DNA from: Octopus vulgaris
Taxonomy: Eukaryota
Reading direction: 5' to 3'
DNA length: 64,000 nt
Assembly (NCBI GenBank): GCA_951406725.2
Contig: OX597823.1
Location: 24,738,001 to 24,802,000 of the forward strand
The notes beneath the pieces are model-generated. The model made no database searches. It saw only the letters and a program-made list of their open reading frames with translations, and was not told the DNA's origin. The translations under genes and the position numbers were made by a program. Shown here piece by piece: positions 11,901 to 24,100 of the stretch; within the stretch, counting starts at the first letter, position 1; the number at the start of each line of letters is the position of its first letter.

Positions 11901-14900
11901 TGCGAGTGACTAGGCTGTATCCCACACATCCAGAAATTTTTATCATCTTGGCAGTGACACCCAATGGTCCAGAGGATTTCCTTGTTTTCATATCCTTAAT
12001 TGCCTTATCTACTAATCTGCTATCAACTCTGATGGATGGTTCTTCAATTGGTTCAATATTTGAAAGACTCTCCTTCTCCTATTAATTTTCCACATTTAGT
12101 AGCTTTTTGTGGTAATAGAAAATCCACTTCTGAATTCCTGATTGTTCTTAATGTTTATTATTCCTGCACATCTGTCACAAAAACTACCTCCTTAGCTTGT
12201 TACGTTAAGGTTTAAGTGTCCACATTTACTACAAATTTATATTTGTTCATTAGAAGTGATAGAAGTTAAATTATTTTAGTTTTCCAAGACAAAACATTGC
12301 AAAATAGGTATTGTGAAGGGTTATAATCCATGCTATAACTAGCCACATTTATTTATTTGCCTTTACATTCTGAGTTCAAACCCCATTGGTTGTACTTCAC
12401 ATTTCATATTTCTGAAGTTGATAAAACCAGCTCTATTCAACTACTGAGTTTCATTCATTTTCATGAATCATTGCAGAATGTGTGGCTTTATATTTAGGTT
12501 AGAAACTGTTATCATAAATATTGGTAGCATCAACAATAATTATAAATATTTTTAACCCATGCCAGCATGGACAATGGACATTAAATGATGATGATGCTGA
12601 GTAGAGATGGATTGAGAGAATCATCAGAACATCAGACAAACTGTGTTGTGGTATCTTTGACTTCTGAGTTCAGATCTGGCTGATGTCAAATTTGCTTTGT
12701 CAGGGCCAATAAAATAAAATCCCAGTCAAATGTAGGGACCAATTTAACTGATTAACTCTTACCTTAAACTTTTGTCCTTCTTTCTACATTATAAATGAAA
12801 TTATTGTTGCTGTTTCTATTCATATAAATTTGTCTTTAATTCCAGTTGCTAAGAAAAATTTTGTGAAAGTAAGAAGTGGAACTCTGGATGTACCTGAAAA
12901 ATTGTTGTGGCATAGGGAAAATGTAACAGCAGAAGACTGTGCCAAAAAATGTTTTTCTGAAAAAAATTGTTTATCATTTGAAATGAATAAAGAAAATAGA
13001 AAATGTTACCTATCAAAGGAAACTGCAGCTGCTTCCAAGAAAATAAAATCAGCCAAAGACAGAGATTACTACCAACGAGTAAAACGTAATTACTCTTTAC
13101 GTTCCTCTTTTTCTGAAATTTGTGATTCCATTTGTACTTCATAATATATAGACAACCATTTGTGTAAAGACATTGACAGGTTTATCTATAAGGACAGATA
13201 TGGACGTGGTCCTCGAAAAGAAAAGCAATATTAGGAAATGTAAATTCTGTTAAGACATTCTCATACAGAATTTGTTCACTTTAAACACTTTTATGCATGA
13301 TTGAAGTTGTTTTTCATGCAGTGGTGGCTGTAAGAAAGGACGCTCTTATATTTCTTAAATCTGCATAGTAGTGGTGGTGGTGGTGGTGGTGGTGGCAGTG
13401 GTGGTAGAAATCACTTCAAACTTTGGTACAAGGCCAGCAGTTTTGAGGGGACAGTATTAGTTCATACCTATGACCCCAATTCTTGATAGATTTAATAATT
13501 TATCAAAATCAGAAGGATGCAAAATAGTTTTTCCTGGCAGTTTGAACTTGAAATGTAATGAGATGGAAGACATACTGCTAGGTAGCATAGCTTTTGCACA
13601 GTATCTTGCTATTTGTTGCTCTCCTCTGTAATCTGATACACAAAATAACAGAAGAAAATGATTATTTCCAGATTTTGGCATGATTATTATGGCTAGATGC
13701 CCTTCTTATCACCAACAATTTTACCACATGAAAAGAGTATATTTTTTCCATGTTACTAAATTCAAAGATGCTGTCTGCTGGAACTAAAGTGTTCTTCCAA
13801 AATAGATATGAATAATTCTATACTGTTAAGAAGGCAGCCAGTAAATTCACTCACACTGACCTCAAGGATTTTGTCTTTTATTATCATAACCCTTTTCTTT
13901 TTGATACCCAGAGTTTCAGAGTAAATTCACTAGATATAGTGACCTCATGAATCTCAGGGTGTCATCACTATTATGAATTTTCAGTGTCAAAAAGAGAACT
14001 CAGCCATTTATTTTTATATCTGTGAGGAACTTTAACAGGACCAAAGTCACCAACATACATCAATATTTATCTTGGGTACCATTAAGAAGTTCAAGCACAC
14101 TCACAGATCAGGTTCATATTACTTGAAATTGCCTACCAATTTCAAGTAATATGAACAACCATGCCATCAACAGACTCAGGAAGAACTTATTAGGATTCTT
14201 GAAGAAGTTTGATTTAAACTAAGGATTACTACAAATATACTACATTCTAGGAATTGGATATCACTTTAATTTTTAAGTCATTTATCACACAAAGTATGCT
14301 CCTAAAGAATGCCTAATAAGGAGAGCAGACACCTTCATAGAGATTTCAACACCTACTCCAAAAATATAAATGAAACACAGTAACTGGCATTTGTAAAAGA
14401 ATCTCCAATTTAACCTCAAAATAAGATATTTTAGACATTTTTTACAGTACAATAGAGTTTTAGCTAGTATTGGATTTAGTAAGAAGTTATTAAAAACAGA
14501 GCATTCTCCATATCCATACCTGAATAAAATAAGTATGATAAAAATAACTCAGTCTTCCCTTCAAAATAACTCAGTCCTCCCTTCAACCTACATAAATGTG
14601 AATTCAAGTATCTTAATTCTTAGGCACACTTAAGTATCACAGGCTTATGAATGGGCATAGTATTAATGTTTGTTACTCCTGTCTGGGTAGCATGTATTGC
14701 ATGTCACATAGGAAAAGCATGCACTTATTCAGACTTTATTCCAGGCACCTACCTCTAACTGTCAAAATCAATCCAATTTTCCACTGAGAGAATTCTGCAT
14801 AAGACAGCAGTATACAGAACAACTTCCACTCCACTTGATTGTTTCTAAATGAACTACAAGAGACTTACAACTAGTTACTTCAAGGAAAATTTCATGAAGC

Positions 14901-15149
14901 TTATATAATCTTTCATGTTCATGTATAGCAAAAATTCCACTTCATTGTTCTCTTTTTCTAGAGACTCCAGAAACAGAAAAACAACCAACCCAGTATAATT
15001 TCAAGCTTATACAACATACTCCGCTCCTTATGTACCAGAGGAATATAATTTCAATTTTTGTCTTTCTGGCTAAGCCATAGACAAAAAAAACACATACATG
15101 TGTATGTATACAAGTGGCAGGATTCGCTATATATAAATATATATATTTG

Positions 15150-15198
<49 letters not shown>

Positions 15199-18100
15199 CT
15201 ATGTAGCTGTGTATGTTTCAATGCTTGGATATATTGTTCTTGAGACTTTCCAACATTGCTTCACTCTAAATCAGACATTTTTTTTTCTTGAACTGAAAGT
15301 TTTAAATGCATATCATACTTACCTACCTGCCTGTATACATGTGAATCAACATACATATATACAGTCAGACAGACAGACACAAGTTGGTAGAAAACACTAG
15401 GCCCCTAGCTTACCCATATGTTATGTACAAGCTTTACAAAAGAATTATTTTATTTCAAATACTTCTGTGATGTTATATATTTAAAACTTTAGATAATATA
15501 AGTACCTTATAACTGAAATTTTTATTTTAAATATTTGAAAGTCATCTGGTTCATTATTTTCTAAATGGACAATTTATTATAAAAATAGAATCCATCCACA
15601 AAACTATTTTTTGACATGAGATATCCTTCTCAAAATTAGTACGAATTCTAGTACATCGTGAGACACACATGGAACCTTGCCTCACTGTTTTAGGTTGTAG
15701 CCAGTACATTTGTACACCCTTCTTCTGATAGTGTGCTTTTGTTTAAGATTAAATTACCATAAGGATACTTCACATGCTGGTTGTCCATCTTTTGAACTAT
15801 GTTTAGATTCAACAAAAGTACACCATTAGATAGGAATGCAGAAATGGATTACATGCAACTTAAATTTTGAAACAATATTTCAAATGAGCCTGAAGATGTT
15901 TTATATTAACATGAATTCTAACTAAGTTGTCATTTTGTGGATCAATTATTTATTTATAATGCAGGCATGTCCAACTCATGCCTGCATGGAAAATAAATGT
16001 TAAATGATTATGATAATGATGATGATTATGATGACAACGACAACCATTGAAAACAAATAATCCACCAAATGCTTTTTATATATAATATGCATGTGTAAAT
16101 ATAAAATGTCTTTTTTGTTTTCTTTCATTTCCTTTTTATTTAGCTGATGATGATGTTTTTACATTAAAAAAAACTGCCATACCAGGGACTGATTCATCTG
16201 ATCGGATTAAAGGAATCAGTTTAAAGGAGTGTGATCGTGCTTGTCTTCAAATTCCAGGATGTAAATCTTATGAATACCACGAAAAATATAGTTACTGTGA
16301 TCCAAGTAATAAAACTCACCTGACTTATGACCTTAAACCCAACGAATATGGATGGGATATACATATCATGAACCCAGGTCAGTGGAGTGTATTCATTTAA
16401 TTTTATGTGTGTCTGCATGCATGCATGTGTCATTTCATTTGCACATATGTATTATATGAATTGGAAGACAGCACACTAGAAGTCCTCTGCAATCTATCCT
16501 TAACATTTTTTTAATAAGTCTTTTATTACCTGAATACACCCCCACCCCTTATTCCCCATAATGACAGCAATTTTTCTCTTTTTCTCTCTTTGTTCCTTCT
16601 CTCTCTACTTTTCCTCTTACCCTTTGACCCTTAACCACACCTACTCTATCCATTATTTCAGTTCAACCTTACACCAAAACATTCATTGATTGTTTAAACT
16701 TGCTTTCTTTGTTTTGTCTCATTTTTTTTTTTTTTGTGTGTGTGTGTTACTGATTTTTCTATTCTTTTGAAATTCCTAACAACAATTTAAACTTCAGTGA
16801 GGTAATTTCAGTCTGATGACTACATACACTCTGAAGAGCTGTGGAGAGTTCACTATGTAATACTTATGTAATGAGCTTCAGCTATTTAAGAAACATATGT
16901 AGTTTACATGTTACTTGCTCCACTCCTTTAAATTTTGGATTAATATTCGCATTTTTAGCAGCATTAGTTGCTAGCAGTGAGTTGTATGGAAACTATCAGT
17001 GAGTTCTATGGAAACTATCAGTTTGGATTTGTGTCAAGGAGAAGCATCATCGATGCTATCTTTCTGGTGAGGCAATGGCAGGAGAAATACTTTGCCAAAA
17101 ATAAATCTCTGTTTCTGGCTTTTCTTGACATGGAGAAATCTTTTGACAGGGTTCCCCACTCCCTGATCTGGTGAGCAATGCAGAAATTAAGGATAGATGA
17201 GTGGTTATTGAGAGCTGTAGAAGCCATGTACAGGGATGCTGTTAGTAAGGTGGAAATGTTCAAGGAGCCTGAGATGACAGCAGTAGGGGACCAAGAGCTC
17301 AGAGCCATATAGGAGCATTGTGAGGATGACAGCCATGTAGACTCTGACTTTTGTGTTGATCTTAAGATGCTTGTTGTTCCACACTTGCTTGTGCAGTCTG
17401 CCAAATGTTTTGTTTGCCTTTGCAAGTCTGTTAATTTCTTTGTCGATACTCGCATCTGATGAAATGGTACATCCAAGATAAATGAACTGCTGTACTGACT
17501 TCAGTTCTGTTTCATTAATGGTGATGTGGGGCATCCTGTACTCTTCAGGAGGTGGTTGGAGTAGGACTTCAGTCTTTTTCAAGCTTAATTCCATCCCGAA
17601 GAGCTGGGCGGCCGCTGCAAAGCAGGAAGTGATGCGCTTCAGGGCTCATTCTGTGTGTGCAACAAGTGTGGCATCATCTACAAAGAGGAGGTCCTGGATC
17701 ACTTGCTCTTGTGTCTTAGTATGGGCCAGTAGGTGCTGGAGGTTGAAAAGACTGCCATCAAGACAGTACTTGATGTAGACACCGTCTTCAGCATTGAGGT
17801 CTGCAGTGGCCTGCTTGAGCATCATGCTGAAGAGAGTAGGTGCTAGGACACAGCCCTGCTTCATGCTGTTGTTGATGAGGAATGGCTCTAATATGTCACT
17901 ATTCAGGCGGACTTATCCTTGCTGGTCTTTGTGAAGCTGGATGATCATCAGTAGGAATTTTTGGGGACAGCCAAGTCAGTTTAGGATCTGCCACAGACCT
18001 TTCCTGCTCACAGTCAAACAGTTTTGTCAGATCCATAAATGTTACATAAAGTGGTTTATTTTGCTCTCGCCACTTTTCCTGGAACTGCCTGAGAATGAAA

Positions 18101-21100
18101 ACCATATCTGTTGTGCTTCTGTTGGCTCTGAAACCACACTGGCTTTCTAGAAGATATTTTTCGGCAATGGACAGACCAAGTCTGTTGAAGAGTAGACTTG
18201 CTAGAACTTTTTCTGCAGTGGAAAGCAGGATGATCCCCCAGTAGTTTGAGCAGTCTGACTTTTTCCCTTTGTTTTTATATATTGTAATGATGACAGCATT
18301 ACACTATATACGTGTATACATACATGTATATTTGTATGTATGTATTTATATCTGAATGCAAATATTTTCTATCTGATTCACTTAATACTTTTTCTTGTGA
18401 TATTATCATTTCTTCCTCATTCTTATTGTCCTCCTAAGATTCACATACCATTCATATCAGTTTCTTTTTCCATTTCCAGTTTACTCACTTATTAATTGTG
18501 GACCTCCAAAAGATATTGATCGTGCATCGACATTCTACAATTCCACCATTTATAGATCTGAGGTGACCTATAGATGCCAAGATGGAGAAGAACTAAAGTC
18601 AGTGTGTACAAAGGACAATAAATGGACTCCAGTAACATCTATTTGTAAAGGTAACATTAATAGCTTCTCTTTGTTGTCTCTGTCTAAGTAATTTTGTTTA
18701 CTTTTTGTAATAAATGTCTTTGTCAGAGGTTGACTCCATATTAATTTTCTAAGTGTCTGTGGTTGGTATGTGGAAAACATTTCCACAAATTATGCAATAT
18801 TAATTCTACCCAAGGGCCAGGTAATGCTATGAAATTGGGTGATGTGTTAAGTCTGCCAAACAAAAGCTGGAAGTGTAGAAACTTGTCACAAACAAGCTTC
18901 CAACATAGAGTCCATCAACCAGATTTCATGCACAAAGCTTAGTTGTGAAGCAAATTCTTAACCTCAGACAAAACTACGTTGCTGTTAGGTAAACTTCTTA
19001 CCTCTATAGCTATTCCTTGGTAAATCTTGATAGTTTTTTTTCTCTTAATTTCTAACTTGCCCTTTTGCACCCTTGCTTTCTATTGTCATCCCAATCATTT
19101 TACAATATAATTCCATGGGTCCTCATTTCGTAAAACTCAGCAGCCATTTAAAACGACTTCTGAGACTCTTGTTATTTTCCAATTCATACCCTTTAATTAT
19201 ATTATTAATAATAATGCTTCTTGATTTATACACAAAGGTAAGTTTTGATGGGAGCTGTTTAGTCAACACCATCAGCCTTATAACTTGATGTAGACATTAT
19301 GTCATTGACCTCCAACAAGTATGAAAGGCAAAGTGAACTCTGGATTCATTTGAACTGATATCCAAAAGAGCCGAAATACATAATTTAAAGCATTTCTTCC
19401 AATTCTCTTATTAGTATACATTGATAATAATGTTGAAGATGATGATGCAAAATTCTTGGGTGTAAATGGATGTCGGTCTAGGGTTAATTGAAGAACCCCC
19501 AACATTGAACATTAGGCTCATCTCTCAGGACAAATGGAGAGTGTGAGGCAATTATTGGGATGGAACTCCCAGGATGAATAATTACTCCAATTTTTGTCAC
19601 CTATACTACAGGTTTATGCACTGTGGTCCCTATCCACTCTTCCTTATCATATTTATTTATTTTACAAGTGATACTTTAAAAATGCATATGAGTGATTAAC
19701 CAAACTCTATCATTAGATCTTTTAACTTCATCCACCATACAATCATTTTGCAATAACTATTAGATAGAAAAATTGCCTTTTCTTCACTGTTAAATGAGAG
19801 GATGCAATAATTATCATTATGGACTTGGCTGACAAGTTCCCTCTCCCATACAACAGCAGCTGTTACCACAAGTCATCAATGTATGAACAATGAATAAGTG
19901 CATGCAAAATGATTTTGTTGCACTGCACACATCTCAGACAGCCGTGTTTGTTGGTCTTTCCATCAATTATTTATTCATTATTTAGTGACATTACCAGTCA
20001 TCATTAGAGGAAGCAATGAGACTATGTGATATTCATGTCTTTCTCAAGGGCAGTAACTGACTATGTAATGTAAACTAATTGAAACTGAGAATCAAACCCA
20101 GATCAAACACCACTCAGCCCATATTTATACTAAAAGAACAACTAGGGGATAAATACACATCGTCACTTCCTGCATAGAAAACAAATAATAAAGTGGCTAA
20201 TTATTGAAGCAGCAAGGTGCCACACATCTATCTCTATTTGTATTTATTCACTAGTTGAGATAAGAGGAAAATTATTTTTGTTGTCTCAGGTCAAACGTCG
20301 CAAAGAATAAAGTCATTAGTTATAGTCTTTGTCATGACTAACCATATTTAGTTACATTCTGGGTTCAAATCCCACCTGAATGAACATTAATCAAGTAGTG
20401 AGATCAATTTCTTCATATACATTCTCACCACAGACAGAGTGGCCTTGTGTTTAAGTTCAGAACTATTCTTTAATATCAGTGACATCAATAATAATTATAA
20501 TTATTCTTGTCGTTAAAGATGATAGATTGACAGAATCATTAGAGCATCAGAGAACATGTGCTGTGGCTGTGGTATTTTTTCTGGCTCTTTAATGCCTGAT
20601 TTCAAATTCTACTGATGTTAAATACAATGCCAATCAAGTGTAGGCGAACAATTTAATCAACCCTCTCCTACCACAAAGATTTAAGTTTCTTTCTATAATA
20701 GAAATTATTATCATTATTCTTATATTTCATTGGTTTAAATTTTATTTTAAATCTAGATGTTAAGAACAAATTTGTGAAAGTAAATGGTGCATCTCTTGAT
20801 GTACCTGGGAAAAAATTGTTGAAGAAGAAAAACGTAACAGCAGATGAATGTGCAGAAACATGTTTGTCTGATGAAAGTTGTTTATCATTTGAAATAACCA
20901 AAAGAAATGGAAAATGCTTCTTATCAAAGAAAACTTCAGATTCCATCAAGAAAATAAAAGCGGACAAAAGCAGGGATTACTACCAAAGAATTAAATGTAA
21001 TTATTCTTTGCATTTTATCACTGGAATTTTCTTTTCTGTTATTTCTGAAATTTGTGATTCCATTTGTACTTCATAATATATAAACAACCATTTCTGTTAA

Positions 21101-24100
21101 GTCATTGACAAATTTACCTATAAAGACAGGCAAAGACATATTCCTGGTATAAGCAGTTTTTGGAACTGTAAATATTGTTAACACATTCTCAAAAAGTTCC
21201 AGGACTACTGATGTTTAATAAAAAATAACTTATTTACCTAAGTTTTAATATCATCTCCTTTGAAATAGTCACCTTACGCAGCAGTACACCGGTTCCAGTT
21301 TTCCTGCCACTCTTGGAATCCAGCCTGGAAGTCATTTTCCACAGGCAAGATGAGCACCTTCCGTGATTTGCTCTTGATCAGTGTTAAATCGGTGACCTTT
21401 ATCTAATATGCAAACTAACAGAAGTAATGCCATTTTATGTAACTGTGTAACTCCTATATTTTGTGCTAGGTTTAGTGATCACAGTATTAGAATACTCATG
21501 AATGCTAGGATGACATTGTTAATACAATGAATTCTTCTGGATCAAAAGGAAAAGTGAGCCATTCCTCTGTATATCTACAAGAAATTTTCATCAGAATTAA
21601 ATAGCAAACTTCACTGCAATATTTATCCTGGGCAGCCTCAAGAAGTGTGAGTACTTTCACAGATCAGCTTTATACAGAGACAATAGCCTAGAAATTTCAA
21701 GTAATATACCATGAAAAGATTTAGGACAAACTAGACATGAATTTTTAATAAATTGGATTCAAACATAGTGATTGCTACCAATCTAATTACATTCAACTAA
21801 GTGGACTTTACTTTAGAAATGGTGTTGGGTATCAGCTGAGTAATACTCCAAGTGAAAGTCTAACTACTAGAACACACACCTTTATGGGAGTTTCAATTCT
21901 TACTTCTAAGCTGTAATAAGAAAGTTAGTCACTGCAATTACTAAAATAAATTCCACTTTATCCTCAGGAATAAATATTTTTGATAGTATATTTTACAGTA
22001 CAAGGTGTTAGCAAAGATTGGCTTTAGTGAGAAGTGAATATAAACAGAACAACTTCCAACTCCACACCCAAAATGAATTAGAAAGGGAAGAAGTTGATTA
22101 ACTTCACCCTTCAACATAAATGTCTCCATGAGCAAAGCAAGGGAATTTTTTCTTGTATTGGACACCATTTCTCAAGCAACACATAAGCACCACAAACATA
22201 TGAGCCTGCATAGTGTTAAGGTTAGTTCCTCTTATCTGGATGACATGATACCAGCAGTGTATGTTACAATAGGAAAATTATACACTTATCCATTGTTTAC
22301 TCCAGTCACCCACCTGGAACTGCCAAACTCAATCCACCTCTGTGCAAGAAAACTAATTAATTGATTGTTTGATCAACCATTCTGATAATCAATGAATCAG
22401 TTATGTTTGTCAAGGTCCTTTCATTGCCACTCACAATCTCTTCAGTGTCATATTCCCTCTACATTATGCTTGAGTCAGGTCTGGCAGTCTTTTAGTTTTT
22501 GGTTCAACATCAGTGTGGTTGTATTGGTGTGAGGGCAAATGTATATGAGAAAGGAAGGAACACAGAAAAATGGAGTGTGTGTGTATGTGAGAATGTACAA
22601 TTATGCATGTGAGTTTTCATATGTGTGTTTGTGGTTGACTCTGTGAGTACATACATTAGAACGTGTGTGTCTACAAAGGTGTATATGTGTGTGTGGGGGG
22701 GAATGCATTCATAGCTGCACATGGTAAAATGTTTATATCATTGTATCATTTATCTTTTGGGCCTGTCTTTTTGATCGAATGGTGGTGCATCTGTAGGCAC
22801 CAGTGCATGTGATTATGTATACTGTTCTCCTCGGGCCTATCATACCCAAGAAACCCAAAAAGAGTACCTTGGGAAGCATCTAGCACATAGCCAACTTTGT
22901 CCACCAAAGCATAAAAAACAATGATAGACTACCCTACAATGCATCCAAATAATAGACTTCTTGTCCTTCATACTGAACTTTATCTAGAAACTATACACAG
23001 CAAAGTTCAGCCCCACCATTCTTATTAAATGAAATTCATGGCCCCCCTTGGTATGTAGTTCACAAGAATCCTGCTATATTGTACAATATTAAGATAAATA
23101 TACTCATAACAGTTTTAGCCAGGCTAGTGAATAACATATCTCCCTTGAGTAAACCATATGAAGTAAAGAAACATGTACGGGGCTTCATGCATTGCATGCA
23201 ATTCTCAGGCTGCTACAAAAAAGGCAGAGTCAATATGTACATGAGGGCAAAGAATAAATTAGAGGATATAAGTAAGGAAACAAATGAGAGGCACAAGGTC
23301 TCAAATTTTGTGGGAGGAGACTAGCTAATTACAACAACCCATGTCCATAACTGGTACTTATTTCACTGAACCCAAAAGAATGAAAGACAAAGTCAACCTT
23401 GATGGAATCAAACTCAGATGGATGAAATACTGCCAAGAACTTTGTCAAGCATGCTAATGAATTTGCCAGCTCAGTATCTTACACAACAACATTAATATTG
23501 AGACTAAAAATAAGGTAGATTAGTCTGAAGCTGACCTGCAATAGAGAAGGTTTGACATTGAGAGGTCACAAATGATGATGAAGGGAGACTTTGACAAGCA
23601 TAACTGTTTCATTGATTAACTGAGTCATGAATCAAACAATTGATCAGTTGGTTAAATATGTAACAAATTGACGAATAACATAGAAGTTAAATTGTAGCAG
23701 TGTGTGTTTATTTTTGGCATTATGACCCTCCAGTCAGAAAACAAAACCCTTTTCAACATACAAGTTTATGTCAAGTGTTTTACAAACCAAATACAAAAGG
23801 ATTTGAGCAGAGCTGATTCCAACATTGGGACCAACTCCATGCAAGCATGAAGGAACACTGGCAAAGTGTCCTCTAAATCAAAACCTTACCTGTCATTACA
23901 TGTCTGGTTAGTTGCTCACACTTGATCATTGTACCCCACAGGAATTTGCAATTCACATTTTTGGTGACTCCTTCTGGTGTTTTCTCATACCACATCTTTG
24001 CTCTTTGTAGGCTGTGATTTCCACAAAACTCCCAATGGAGCATTCTTGCCACATTGTCATGGTGTCTTGTATTTGTGTTGTGACAATTTCAGGCATTCAC

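Noticed and set aside
20997-21076. Hydrophobic read-through tails after PAN-A and Sushi donors as possible TM or alternative terminal exons
   Set aside because: Length and frame differ among paralogs and the hydrophobicity follows from T-rich intron sequence; intron retention cannot be excluded without transcripts.
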